DNA of 64,000 nt from Cenococcum geophilum. Its lineage: Eukaryota. How positions within the stretch are numbered: the stretch's first letter is position 1; the number at the start of each line of letters is the position of its first letter. Location of the stretch: positions 9,486,001 through 9,550,000 of the forward strand of contig CP158635.1 of NCBI GenBank assembly GCA_050273025.1, read 5' to 3'. Position numbers and translations under genes: made by a program. Below are positions 12,245-25,219 of the stretch, piece by piece. Under the pieces are notes generated by a model that was not told the origin of the DNA, did not search any database, and saw only the letters and a list, made by a program, of their open reading frames with translations.

Positions 12245-13647
12245 ATGTCGCGCCAAAGCACCACGCAGCCACGAAATCTGACTTTGACAGAGGAACTAGA
12301 GAAGTTGGAGCAGTCCATAACTCTAACACTACAAGGCAAAGACTTGAGTCCACAAATACCACGCGCAATATTAATCATTTTCGTGCAGAAATCGACTACA
12401 ATTTCAGCCGCGCCCATCGTATTGTTACTACTAGCATCCTCCCAATTGTCGAGCAGTACGCAAAACATTCCGAAGCAGTCTGGGAAGGCTCCAAGGTTGG
12501 TACACTATTACAATGCTCGTATTTTAAATATTCTGGCATCTAACCCTGCCATTCATAGTTCTGGAAACAATTCTTCGAAGCCAGTGCCAATGTTTCCCTA
12601 TCAGGCTACGAAGAGGCTGCTGCGGATGAATCTACCACTCACGAAGACACACAAGCGTCTCAAACTTATGATAGCGAGTTAACTGAGGATACCGTGACCG
12701 GCGCGACCGCCACACCCCCAAAACCCTCCTCCTCTCACACCGACGAGGGCCATGACGACACCTCTATTCTCTCCTCTCCGTCTCTTGCGCATGCACACAG
12801 CACCCCACGCGCACCACATACCAGTACGAAAGCCCAAGCAAGTAGCGCAGCAGCAGGCGCAACATTTGCGGACTACCCATCTCCCTACGAAGCGCTCAAG
12901 CGGGAGGTCCATGGGGGCGCCGCATCTCCGGGCCCCGACCCGATAACACCGGGCAAAGCACAGGCACTACCAGACATGACAATGACTCCTACCTCTTCGC
13001 CTTTCATGCCCACTGCTACACAACGACGAGTCAGTGCCGCGCCAACAAACACCGACCCACTACTGCATCGCGTGCTGGACAAAACATATCGTATCGCCGC
13101 AACGCCGCATACAGCACGGAAGCAGAAGCAGGCTGTTGGGTTTACTCCCGGCACCTCTTCGCGGCCAGCAGCGCCACGATGGGAGGACGACTCCTCTCCT
13201 CCCTCGTCACCAGCGCCCCAATTGCGCGCGGACATATTCTCTTCGCCGCTGAAAGCGCCCAGAACACCAGGTGTAAGCGTGCAACGCACTCCCGCACGAG
13301 GCACGGACAACAGATTCAGGATCAGCGGAACTGGTGTGTTCGGCACGGGAGGGCAGGGTGTGTGGGAGAGTGACAGCGACGAGGACGATGCGTTGGATTT
13401 CAGTCCGCCTAAGACGATGCAGTTTCATGTTCCGCAGAGCAGGCTGCTTCAAACACCGGGTAAGCTATCGCTGATACTTTTTTGTCTACTAGTAGCAACT
13501 AATGAATTTGTAGCTCGTGAAGCAAGTAAGCGTATTGTGGAAGACCTGCTCCTTACAGCTGGAGGGGATATTACTGATGAATTTGAGGGAGAGGAGGACA
13601 GTCCGAGTGTTGTAAGGCGGAATCAGGAACTGGACGATAGTTTCTAG
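12245..13647 (+). CDS. ASK1: DASH/Dam1 kinetochore complex subunit Ask1 (exons 12245-12335, 12389-12495, 12559-13459, 13514-13647)
   Basis: The spliced product reads LTEELEKLEQSITLTLQEIDYNFSRAHRIVTTSILPIVEQY...FWKQFFEASANVSLSGYEE, the DASH_Ask1 domain, and ends TPAREASKRIVEDLL. Intron 1 is GC-AG, the others GT-AG. Confidence 0.92.
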
Positions 13648-14133
13648 ATTTGAAAAAAAGCTGAGAGGCCTCCTTGCAAAGGCTTGCTCTAAATGTGAGG
13701 AAATAGCTGTCGTACTGTTAGCCGTATCATTATACCCCATTTATAGGAGCATGTCACAGAATATGTGGTACAACCTAACGACCGATATACTTCGTTGAAT
13801 GAAGATAAACATGTTCCTATTCCTGATCAGGAGCTCCAATTTGGTTCGAAAACTATGTTGGGCACTTTAAACAGTTATAGATAGCTTTAGGACATTTCCC
13901 CAACTCTCTATCATTAATTACTCTTTACAACTTGAAACAGTATACTTGAAATGGCAAAGATATGCTACTGTGGCAGTGCAAGAACGGTGCGAGGTGGCGC
14001 GCTGAGCGACTGGCGGGGAGTGGGCGGCGAAACGCTCGTTTCCAAATCTGGAAAGTTATACCTTCGTCATCAGCCCGGCTTTGGCTTGAGGCAACCTTCA
14101 CGAAAAACGGTCCTCTCCAACACTCCTACAAAA

Positions 14134-16537
14134 ATGCCAAAGGGGCGACCGCAGACGTCCGGATACGAGCGAATTGCCCAAGCTGAGGACGAGGAGGACT
14201 ACCTCGAAGACTCCGAAGATGATGACCTCCAGCGCGGTCAAAGCTCCCAGTCTATTCCTGGACCAAGATATGCCCCGATTCAGCCAAAGCGGACTCCACG
14301 CATGCAAGCCTCTGATGCATCATCGCCTACGGCGCGGAGAAATCTACCTATGTATGAAAGGCAGAGAAGCAACTCTGGTGTCGATATTAAGGCAATAAAC
14401 GCACGACTAGAGAGGTGGGCGGACGAGATCGCGCAGAGGTTCAAGATTCGGAAAAGTAAGGGCAAAACACAAGAGGATGAGCAGCTGGAAATACATCACT
14501 CTGTCTTTCAGGCACCAGATTGGGTACGCCCAGCAACTGCAGACTCTCTCACTTTCGACTATGAAGGATCTGGAAACCGAATGACAAAACTACAATTTGA
14601 TGATATCGTGGAGAGCGTCAGGCTAGCTATAGAGCTAGGCACACATCCAAAGCTCATATCGCAAGGCAGCTCGGGTAGCTACTTTGCACGAAATACAGAC
14701 GGCAAGGTTGTGGGAGTGTTCAAGCCAAAGGACGAAGAACCATATGCCTCTCGAAATCCTAAATGGACGAAGTGGATACATCGGAATCTTTTCCCTTTCT
14801 TTTTTGGAAGAGCATGCTTGATTCCAAATCTCAGCTATATTTCCGAAGCCGCTGCATATGTACTCGATACACAACTACGAACGAACCTTGTCCCCTACAC
14901 CGACATTGTACCACTATCCTCCAAATCGTTCTACTATGACTTCTGGGATCGTAGAGCATACTACCGCAAGAAGAAGCCCTTCCCAGAGAAAGTTGGAAGT
15001 TTTCAGGTCTTTTTGAAGGGATATAAGGACGCGAATATTTTCTTGAAAGAGCACCCTTGGCCTGATCAGCACAGCTCTAGCTTTAGGACAGACGGCGCAC
15101 CACGCCGGAAAAAGCGGCGATGGGCCGAGGAATGCCGTCCAGGCGGTCCACAGTCCGATGACGAAGATGACGATAATGACCCCCGGTCAAACACAGTGGA
15201 AGAAGCACAAAGGAGGAGGGTCTTTTGGACGGACACTCTACAGCAATCATTCCGCGAACAACTAGAAAAACTCGTAATATTGGATTATATCATGCGAAAC
15301 ACCGACCGAGGCTTGGATAACTGGATGATTAAAATAGACCAAAAAACGCAAGAGGCCACCATCGTTGCTGAACCACCGAAGACAAATGGACATATTGATG
15401 GAGATGAAGCCAACGGTTATACAAAACAATCGATATCAGAGCCAGACCCGTACAAGCGCCAGGAACCAATGACCGCTGTCAGTCGATCAGCAACGCCTTT
15501 GAATAATGCTCCTGAGCCCTCAATATCTGTTGGGGCTATTGATAACAGTCTTTCATGGCCATGGAAGCACCCTGACGCTGTATGTTTCATTTTTTTTATA
15601 TTTTTAATTCTCTCGAGAGACATACTAATAGTCTCGGTAGTGGCGAAGCTATCCATTTGGCTGGTTATTCCTCCCTGTTTCCCTCATTGGGCAGCCTTTC
15701 TCGGAGGCTACTCGGCGCCATTTCCTCCCGCTTCTCACCTCTAAACAATGGTGGAGTGACACACAGCTAGCTCTTCGGCGGTGTTTCACACAAGACGCCG
15801 ACTTTAAAGAAAGAATGTATGCAAAGCAGATAGCGGTAATGAAGGGACAAGCTTGGAACGTTGTTGAGACTTTGAAGACGCCGGATCATGGTCCACTAGA
15901 GCTCACTCGAAGAGCTCGTGTCTGCGTCTGGGATGATTTGGTTGATATTCCTATCGCTGTCCCACTCCGAGCTCCGTCTGCGGAAGTGAGAAGGCGACAG
16001 CAAAATGATAGACCCAGAGCTAGTGCAGAACATGAAGAAATGGACATCAGTGCCGCTCTATCCACCCCAAAGCAGAAACCGCAGCCCGATCTTTTAATGG
16101 GTTCCCCTCCCTTGGACCTTACAAATACCAATCGCTTCAATATTTCACGGCAATCTAGCTCGATAGATGCAAGGGAAAGCGACGATAGCATGCGTGGACC
16201 TCTCTCCCCCGCTACAGTCCAAGCTATTTCATGGAGCGCGAGTACAAACAGGGATGGATTGGGCGGTATGAGTAACGGTCGGCCTAATCACAAGGCTCGA
16301 ATGAGCTATGACGAATCTCACCATTCTCGCCGGCATCGCGAAAATTCGGACAGGAGGCGGAGGAGATTTTCCTTTTCGATGCGGCACAGCAGCAATCCTC
16401 TCATTATGGGCGATGATGATATAGAGGGTGATCTTGGATATGCGGCGAATGAAGACATGGAAGGCAATCGAAAGCGCGTTATTGTAGAACGTTTAGAGAT
16501 GGTAAAAGCCAAGAACCCTGTTTTCACATGGTGTTAA
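14134..16537 (+). CDS. LSB6: Type II phosphatidylinositol 4-kinase (exons 14134-15579, 15641-16537)
   Basis: Motifs ISQGSSGSYF, VFKPKDEEPY, LDYIMRNTDRGLDNW and AIDNSLSWPWKHPDA|WRSYPFGW. GT-AG intron 15580-15640 has a CTAAT branch site. Confidence 0.93.
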
Positions 16538-17133
16538 GGGATTACATTGGCGAGACTTCAGCCTATCACGAGAGCGTTGAATCTGGAGGCCTTTGTCTTG
16601 GGCATATATCATGGCGTTTTCGTCTAGTTTACGCATTTTAATTCTTGTAAAATATCAAGCTGCAACATGCAGGACTGCATGTACGATTGATGCCACATCA
16701 TGATGATGTTGAAATTCCGCAAATCGGAGCTTGATGGCATGAATGTGGTGCAATGATTACCCTGTATGGATTAAGGTACTAAACGTTTGGCGTTGCGGCT
16801 TAGGCACGAGCGCACGGGCTTTCCATACCTTTTCGCCTACGCCACCTAGGCCACAGTCATTAATCAGCCTCACATTCAGACTTCGACGGTGACCTTATGC
16901 CATAGCATCCAACTGTGAATTTCCTCAACTACCAAATCATCGTATTCACTTTGATAACCGGCCAGGAGCATTCGCTACTTTTGCCATCCCATGTAGCCGG
17001 CTATAAATCGCGGTCCTTACTCCGTGCCTTGTTACACCAGTAACTTCCTCATGCCTCCGACGCCACTAAGCTCCTCTAACGCGGCGTCCTTACCGCCTTA
17101 AGTCCCATCAGATTGTTCTACTTTTGTGTCAAA

Positions 17134-20100
17134 ATGAACCCCGCACAATTGCTAAACCCAAAGGGGTTCAAGAAATCGAATGGTGCTTCACCTTTTCTTT
17201 CTTCAGCCTCCTCACCTTTTCCTTCTTTCACATTTTCACCAATAGCTTCTTCTTTCCGCGCACACAGTGAAACACTAGAGCCGTATGATCAACCATCTAT
17301 ATTTGATGAACTCTCCTCGCACGCCAATCTACATGACTCACTTCCATCTTATTCTGCTCCCATCAATTTAGACATGCTAACCCACAAAGGCAACCCTCAC
17401 GAGACCGTACCAAGAGCTCATACCCCGCTTCTCAATCCGCTGTCTCTGCTTGATCCAAGGCCCGGCTCTAAACGCCCAAGTCAGGAGCCTTGCATGAATG
17501 GATCCGCTTCCAATTCCTTTCCCGGAATTGGTATGAGTGACATGATTGAAAGGATGCACGGCATCCAAGATAGGTCAGAGCAGCCACAGAAACGTCTAAA
17601 ACGCGACCTCGACGACGGCCAGGCCAGGAAGAAACTCCATTCAAGCAGCATGAGTGGTGGAAGCTTACTGAGTGAGCGTACCGACACACAGGCGGATGAA
17701 CCGACCTCCACTCGACCTCCACCAGCTGTAGTTGACTTGACTCTAGGTCGGTACTTTCCTTCTAGTTACTAATGTCTCAAGCTGACAAGCATAGGCGATG
17801 ATGACGATGAAGTTATCCTAATTCGCGATGTTGGGGACCAAGAGGTGTGCATCGGAAAGATAGAAAAGGCCTTGGTCAATGCATATCAGGTCCCAGCGCA
17901 AAAACGCACCGCCTGGCAAGGCTCTTCAACGATGTGGCCCCGGATAAAAGTTGTTCTCCGCAGACGCACTGGCTCAACAAACAGCGTTATCAGCGTCATA
18001 GATCCTAGCGGATATGACTTTGGCAAGATCGATCTAAGAACTGCACAAGGTCTTGCCCCACTTATGGATGGTGCCGGAATCAACCGACTACGTTGGCAAG
18101 CATGTTTAGAAGCCCGCAGGAGGCTGCCTACTGACGCACCGGCTGGCCCATTTTCTGGCTTGATCAATATTATAATTCAGCTGTACGCCCCCAGGAAGTT
18201 TGCCACTAGCATTGGACGGTACCTGAAACAGAGGCAACTCCAGCTGGGACCACCCATTTTCGACCAAGCCCGTGTTGACTACGTCAACCCACAGGAAGTT
18301 AAAGTACCGACTTCAACAGTAGACACATCTCTCGGCCTTGACACCCCACCACCTCAATATGCGCCGGGCGGAGGAAATTATGTCGCTCGTAGCGTTGAGG
18401 AAATCCGCAATGATGTCCAGGTGATGTTCGACTCCATCACCAAAACGGAAGATCTCCCAGAGAAAGAGCCAGACCCGTCTATCACCACACCCTTGCTAGG
18501 ACATCAGAAGAAAGCCCTTTATTTCATGACGGAAAGAGAGAGGGAGCGTACTGGAGAGTCCGAGAAAGGAGACCCACTCTACCAACCAAAGTTCAAAAGC
18601 AATGGTCGGAAATACTACCTGAACGTTATCACTGGGGGAGAATCTCGTGTGAAGCCGCCACCTGTGCTTGGTGGGATTCTAGCCGATGAGATGGGCTTAG
18701 GCAAGACCCTTAGCACGCTGTCCCTCGTCGTCAGCAAAGAGAGTCGCGAAGCTGCTGACGCGTGGTCCAAAAACTCGCCCGAACGGCAAGGTCCTACACG
18801 TAACAATAAGGCAACACTTCTTGTTTGCCCTGTCAGCACTGTTGCTAATTGGGAAGATCAGCTGAAAACTCATATTGTGCCGGGAAGGCTTCGATATTAC
18901 ATTTATCACGGGCAAGGCCGGATACAGGACGTTAATGAGCTAGCCAAATATGATCTTGTCCTGACTACATACAGCACAATTGCAGCTGAGTACCTTCGTG
19001 GGAAGCCAATCGAGAAAACGAATTGGTTCCGTATTATATTGGATGAAGCACATTGCATTCGGACGCAATCAACAAGGCAGTCAATGGCGATATGCTCTCT
19101 CCCCGCGCAACGCCGATGGGCTGTTACTGGAACACCCGTGCAGAACCGTCTTGATGACTTAGGCGCACTACTCAAATTCCTGCGGATCAAGCCGTTCGAT
19201 GAGCGCCATGGTTTCACGCAATGGATTCTCAATCCTTTCAAAAACGCTGACCCTGATGTCCTCCCTAAGCTACGCCTGCTGGTAGACAGTATAACTATCC
19301 GACGACTTAAGGATGGACTTATAGACCTCCCCCTTCGAACCGACCAAATTGTTCGTCTGAAGTTCTCCCACGATGAGCAGACTCTGCATGATTGGTTTGA
19401 GAAAGATTCTGCAAGAAAAGTCAACGCAGTAACATCTGGAAACGGAGAGAAGGGCCTAGGTGGTTCAGCATACGCCCGAATTCTTGTTGCAATCCTTAAT
19501 CTTCGTTTAATATGTGCGCATGGCCAAGAGCTTCTGAGTGATGAGGCAATGAAATCGACGGAAGGCATCAATTATGATAACGCCATTGAACTTGGAGATG
19601 AGGATGACGATGATAAACCTGCCTTGTCGCCAAAGCAGGCATATGAAATGTTGCATCTACTCCGCGAAAGTGACGCGGACCACTGCCAAATGTGCAACAA
19701 CAAGATTGGAGAACCAGACATTGACGATGCGGACGACAAAAAATTTAAGAACACACTTGGATTCATGACGGCTTGTTACCAGATCGTCTGCCCTAACTGC
19801 ATTGATGGCTTCCGGAAACAAGTCGAGCCGCTGACCACACCTGACAACCACTTCCACTGTCCCTTCTGCGAGCAATACGTCCAGACCTCTCTCTTCGAAC
19901 TGAAGCAGGACGAGCTAGACGAGGACGAAGAGGCACGCGCACGGCTCCGCGAGAACCCAAAGCTCGCAAAGAAATTGGGCCGGTATATTGGGCCGCACAC
20001 TAAGACAAAGGCTTTGCTAGAGTCACTGCGAATAGACAGGGAATGGAGCGATGCGCACCCCGACGAGCCGCCCATCAAAAGGTAAGCACCACCAACTCAA

Positions 20101-20611
20101 GACGCACGAGATATTCGGGAACTGTACTAACATACAATGTGATATCAACAGCGTGGTCTTCTCAGCCTGGACGACGCACCTCGACCTCATCCAGATCGCG
20201 CTCGACGCGGCCGGCTTCACCTACACGCGCCTCGACGGGCGCCTCTCCCGCGCCGCCCGCGGCACCGCGCTGCACGTCTTCGCGACCGACCGCTCCGTGC
20301 CCATCATCCTGGTCTCCATCGCCGCCGGCGGCCTCGGCCTCAACCTCACTACGGCATCCAAAGTCTACGTCATGGAGCCGCAATTCAACCCGGCGGCCGA
20401 GGCGCAGGCCGTCGACCGCGTGCACCGGTTGGGCCAGAAGCGCGAGGTTGTGATTACCCGGTTCATCATGGAGAAGTCGTTTGAGGAGAAGATGCTCGAG
20501 CTGCAGCGGAAGAAGCGGGTGTTGGCGGATTTGAGCATGGGGCGGGAGAGGATCAATAAGGCGGAGGCGGCGAAGAAGCGGTTGGAGGACTTGCGGAGTT
20601 TATTTAGGTGA
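17134..20611 (+). CDS. SNF2-family helicase with RING finger, Rad5/Rad16/HLTF-like (exons 17134-17746, 17795-20081, 20152-20611)
   Basis: GGILADEMGLGKT, WFRIILDEAH, TGTPVQN, RING-like CQMC...ACYQIVCPNC...CPFC, and C-terminal GGLGLNLT...QAVDRVHRLGQ. Two canonical introns join the frames. Confidence 0.92.
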
Positions 20612-21368
20612 GGACGTATCTTGGAGCGGAACGGGCTGGTTGGGACTGCTTGATGCGATTCTGACCGAGCTCTCGATGCGTGCGGTGAGGCGATGGCTAG
20701 GTATGCGGCTGGCGTTGTGGTGGGCGTGCTCCATGGAGTTTTTCTACTGCATGGCGGCACGACATTTTGGTCCGTGATGCGTCGTGGCGGGACTGACATC
20801 TTATCCACTTCGCTACTCCTGCTTTCTTTCTTTATCTTTGCTTTTTAAAATGGCGCGGCTTGCTCCGGGGAGTTTGAGCGTGTGTTTTGGCGCGGCGATA
20901 CCCGGATGAAAACATGTTTATGGCATTAGCTTCGTGCGTAGGGGTGGGAATTTAGGCCTTTGAGCCGGCTAAGAGATTAGATTTCAGGGATTCATATCTT
21001 TTGTCGAGCTTGAGATGAAGAAACCTTCGGTTACTATTTGATGATGAAATAGCAGTGATGAAGTCTGCTCTCGTGATTGATTTTAGAGCCTGCGCTTTTG
21101 ATTTGACAGGCTACGAGGTACGCGGTTGTGTCGTGCAGATGTTTGCATAGAATTGTAAGCGCTTCTCCTATTTGAAAAGTGTTGTTTGAACGACGAGTAG
21201 TGTTACAAAATGCATAATAACGATCTCGTGACAACGCCCTCATATACATGCTATATCTACAGTCCACCAGCACGATCTTATATCACACATATGTATATAT
21301 ACAGTAAACTGGGGAACACAGGCTCGAACTCTCCCCAACATACTAATACGAGCCGAGAAGTGACTATA

Positions 21369-24300
21369 CTACATTTCATGCCAATACTTCCTCTGCAGGT
21401 TATCATCGGGGACCACAGGCATCGTCTCAATCGCACGGATCGTCTTCGGCGCCAGTTGCTCAAGCATTGGAAGCAAGTGGCCCTCCGTATCCTCAGGGTC
21501 GTAACCGCGCCCGGCCCCCTCGGCCCGCCTGACATGCGCGAGGGCCGCCCCCATGATGACCAGCGTCTTGTATCGCGGCATCAGTGTGCGCTTGTTCCTG
21601 ACGTCGATTGGCCGCACATCCATCCTTTCGTAGCCGGGGACGTTTCGCCGCCTGTACCACGGATTGGTGCAGCGCCACCCGATGAAGTTGGGCATGAGGT
21701 ATGCCTCGCAGGCAGTGAAGGCGTCGACCATGTGGCCAGAGCGTGCCAACACCTGGATGAATTCGTTCCAGGTTAAGTTATCCAATACGTAGCCGTCTGC
21801 GATCAGGGACGAGATGATCTGCTGAACTTTTGGCACTTTCCTGCTGTCGTTTCGCATGAGGATGCTGCGCATATATATTCGTATAGGGCGGGCGAGGAGA
21901 TCGCGACGGTTGGGAGCGATCTTTTCCTTGCCCTCTGTTCTGGGCCCTGTGAGTGATTCAACAGGTGGAGCTTCGACGGTTGGTGCTGACTCGATTGGAG
22001 GTGTGCCGGAGGCAGTCGGTAGCTTTACGGGATCGGACCCAAGCAATTTCACAAGCTTCGCAACCTGTGCTCGGGCAAGATTCCAACATTTATCAACTTC
22101 TTCGTGTTTATTTGCGTAACAATGTGCGTTCATGAGCGCTGTGAGAAGTCCTAGAGGCGCTTCGTAATTGCCATATTCATCATGTCTCGCCGCAGCCGCA
22201 ACCTCAATCAGCTCTTGACAGATCTTATAGGCACCTCGAGTGCCGTACAGCATGATGAGAAACTCGAAGTAGCCATCAGGGCTGACCTGATTCAAAGGCA
22301 TGCCGTGTAATCCTTGGCGCGGTTGCTTTGACGCGTAGTCCGATGGATCGCTTTCAGCCAGAATTTCGCGCAATCCCTCTTCAACCTCCACCAGGCGAAT
22401 TTCACCTCTTTTGCCATTTCCGTGGAGCTTATGCCTTATGCTGTCGACTTCTGCAAAAGCTTTGGCCTTCAGATAAGCCATGCGAGAACTGACTGTCGGT
22501 CTGATCCGTTTGCTAATCATACGCTCGTGAGCTTTGAGTGCCCGGTGTACTTGGAACTCGCTGATAAATCCGGCCATGACAAGTGCGTAATGGTGGGCAC
22601 ATGCTCGTATGTTGTTTTTTACCATTGTCTTTCTTAGTATTTTGTACGCTGCATCTGTCTGGCGAAGAACGATTAGTGATTTCATGAGAGCACTGTAAGA
22701 TAGTGAGTCGAGTGGAATTTTCTCAGCCTGCATTGACCTGTAAATTCTCATGGTCGATTCAAGGTCTGATCGTGCCGCATATGTTGTCAAGAGGATGTTC
22801 CACGTTGGCGTCAGGGGTCCATGGAGAGTTCCAGCACGCTTATCTTTCAACATTGCTCCAGCAGCGGCCTCTGCCGTCGCCAAATCGTCAGAATTCACAT
22901 TAGCGAGAACTAAGGCAGCTCGCGTTACTGTGTAGTTCTGAATGAGCACATTTTCTGATCGAGCTTGTGCAAATAAACCTTGGACAGCCTCGACGTCGCC
23001 TCTCCTTGCACAAATATCAAGCACTGGACCAAATGACCATGAATCAGGGCGGAGACCAGATTTAACTAAGTCATCGAAACATTTCAGGGTACCGTCCAAA
23101 TCATCCGCTCTTGCATAGGTATGAAGAAGAATATTCCAGCTAACAATATCAGGCTTCAAGCCAAATTCTTCCGATATGCGTTCGAATTGCTTGTGTACCG
23201 CAGATATTTCGAGTCGTCTGGAATGGACGTGTAGTAGCGGCCATAAAGATGCATGATTCTTTAGTGGTCCTGGCTCTTGTGTCCGAAGCTCTTGAAAGTA
23301 TTCGTGGACCCTCTCTGCATCGCCAGCTCGAGCATATGAATTCATTAATTGTAGCAAGACGTTTCTAGTAAGGTGCCCATGGAACCTGTGCCAATCGCTT
23401 GTCAAACTCGACACAGTAGTTCTCGCACCTGGATATGGCTTGAAGCTGTAATGACTAGCCATTAGCTTCATAAATGCCATTATGAGATTTTGGGAAGGAT
23501 AAAATCCATCACGAGAATCTCTCACTACGGCTTCATCTCGATACTCCGCATAAAGGTGTAAGTGGAGTTTGGGACGATGGGAGTAATTGCGATACTGTTG
23601 CAACGAGAGCAGTTTGAAAAGAATGTTCTCATAATAATCCTTCGTCGACAAGCCTAGAGAAAGAAGAACACGAAAGAAGCCTCGAATGAAAGCCTCATCA
23701 AGATCAGGCGCTGCGACTGCTCTGTCAATTACTTTTGGAACGATCCCAGCCATAAAGCTCTCGAGCACTGAGGGTTTTTCAGTCGTTGACTGGAAATCAT
23801 ACCGGAATTGTTTTGCGAATTGAAGAAGCGAAACGGCGTTCGAAAACAGCATAGGCAACTGAGAGACAACCGTCCAGAGATGTGGATACTCCCCGGGAAG
23901 CCCTTTCCGATCCCAGAATCTCATGAAAGTCTGGAATACATGTATAGCAAGGTCCCATTGATTGTCTTGAACAGTACGTGCTAAGAGAACGTCGGTGCCA
24001 AAGCGGTGTCCAACTGCACGATCGGCGGCCTCGTCGTGTAGCCTTACTGCTCGACCAACCATGTGCAGTTTCAGATGCCCTGATATGGCCGCCCGATAAG
24101 ATGAAGCTCGGCGGCTCTCGGGAAGAAGAGAATCAAAAACCTGAAGTGAGCGAGATGCATGGACAGGATGCTCCGACAGCGCAAGGTAGTTGAGTAGGTC
24201 AGCTCTCAAAGTTGGCGCACGCTCTGATTCATCCAGAATCCCATAGAGCCGCCATGCCAGCCCTTGTCGACCTTTGCCCTTGGATTGCAGAAGTGCTTGC

Positions 24301-24803
24301 AGAGCATCAAGTGCATCAGATGTTTGGAGAGTCTGCTTCAACTCTTGGACCTCTTGCGCCTCTTCGGACGCGGTTATCTCACCAAAATTATTGCTAACAT
24401 ATTCCTGGATGCTTGAGCTCCTGGAAGAATATTGTCTGACCTTATTCCTAGCGAATTGTCTTCTTCGGCGACTATGCCAAGCTTCCCATCCGCAACTAGA
24501 GATGCGTTTGATCAACGCCATTGTCTTTGCTGGATATAAGAAGTCGAGGAGCAGGTCATTTTGCCCGTTATAAACTCCATCCGTACATAGCTTTTCGCCA
24601 CAATGGCTGGGTTCTCCATGCTCTGTTGTCCTGCCTGGCGTTGAGGGTATGACAGAGGCCCACCATATCGGCAAGCTAAGATCACCTGCACCGTGATGCC
24701 AAAACGCCGAATGCAGCATCCGACGGCTTCTCACAGACCGTTTGGTACCTTGTAGGAGCTGTCGTCCGCCAGCTTCGAGACATGACGATGCTCGCTCCAG
24801 CAT
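21369..24803 (-). CDS. Mitochondrial pentatricopeptide-repeat protein, probable COX1 translation activator (CYA-5/Pet309/Ppr4-like)
   Basis: 1144-aa intronless ORF with an Arg/Ser-rich targeting-like N-terminus (RRMLHSAFWHHGA) and tandem PPR motifs (PDIVSWNILLHTYARADD, TWNILLTTYA, SYSALMKSL). Orthology recalled, not searched. Confidence 0.85.
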   Translation of the reverse strand: MLERASSCLEAGGRQLLQGTKRSVRSRRMLHSAFWHHGAGDLSLPIWWASVIPSTPGRTTEHGEPSHCGEKLCTDGVYNGQNDLLLDFLYPAKTMALIKRISSCGWEAWHSRRRRQFARNKVRQYSSRSSSIQEYVSNNFGEITASEEAQEVQELKQTLQTSDALDALQALLQSKGKGRQGLAWRLYGILDESERAPTLRADLLNYLALSEHPVHASRSLQVFDSLLPESRRASSYRAAISGHLKLHMVGRAVRLHDEAADRAVGHRFGTDVLLARTVQDNQWDLAIHVFQTFMRFWDRKGLPGEYPHLWTVVSQLPMLFSNAVSLLQFAKQFRYDFQSTTEKPSVLESFMAGIVPKVIDRAVAAPDLDEAFIRGFFRVLLSLGLSTKDYYENILFKLLSLQQYRNYSHRPKLHLHLYAEYRDEAVVRDSRDGFYPSQNLIMAFMKLMASHYSFKPYPGARTTVSSLTSDWHRFHGHLTRNVLLQLMNSYARAGDAERVHEYFQELRTQEPGPLKNHASLWPLLHVHSRRLEISAVHKQFERISEEFGLKPDIVSWNILLHTYARADDLDGTLKCFDDLVKSGLRPDSWSFGPVLDICARRGDVEAVQGLFAQARSENVLIQNYTVTRAALVLANVNSDDLATAEAAAGAMLKDKRAGTLHGPLTPTWNILLTTYAARSDLESTMRIYRSMQAEKIPLDSLSYSALMKSLIVLRQTDAAYKILRKTMVKNNIRACAHHYALVMAGFISEFQVHRALKAHERMISKRIRPTVSSRMAYLKAKAFAEVDSIRHKLHGNGKRGEIRLVEVEEGLREILAESDPSDYASKQPRQGLHGMPLNQVSPDGYFEFLIMLYGTRGAYKICQELIEVAAAARHDEYGNYEAPLGLLTALMNAHCYANKHEEVDKCWNLARAQVAKLVKLLGSDPVKLPTASGTPPIESAPTVEAPPVESLTGPRTEGKEKIAPNRRDLLARPIRIYMRSILMRNDSRKVPKVQQIISSLIADGYVLDNLTWNEFIQVLARSGHMVDAFTACEAYLMPNFIGWRCTNPWYRRRNVPGYERMDVRPIDVRNKRTLMPRYKTLVIMGAALAHVRRAEGAGRGYDPEDTEGHLLPMLEQLAPKTIRAIETMPVVPDDNLQRKYWHEM

Positions 24804-25219
24804 TACCTTTAGGGCGCTGGAGCTGCGTTAAACCGTGACCGCAGGCTACCGATTCCGAGGATTGATATTAAAGACTATGTATATTAGAATTGAGCTTACA
24901 TCTGAGACGATCTGTTACTGAGGAAGTCTTACGTTGCCACATGCCTCCTATGTCAGGTTCTGTTGACGGAACGATAGAATATTAGATGATTGAAGGAAGC
25001 CAGAAAGGCCAGAAAGAACAATTACACAAACAATTAAGAACTGCCGGACAATGATATACCTTGTGGCGAGCGCTGTATATTGGAATGGTCGGCGAAAGAC
25101 GACTTCAAGACTTTTGTTCCTGTATTCGGACTAATGTTTTTCCAGCACTTCATCAAGAAATCGCATCCCACATTCCGCAACGGGCACATTCCCAGAGGGT
25201 GGGGCTCAATTGGTACGAG

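Noticed and set aside
13951..14133. Upstream in-frame ATG extending LSB6 by 61 aa
   Set aside because: The extension is not kinase-like and lies in probable promoter DNA. ATG 14134 has a good AAA-ATG context.
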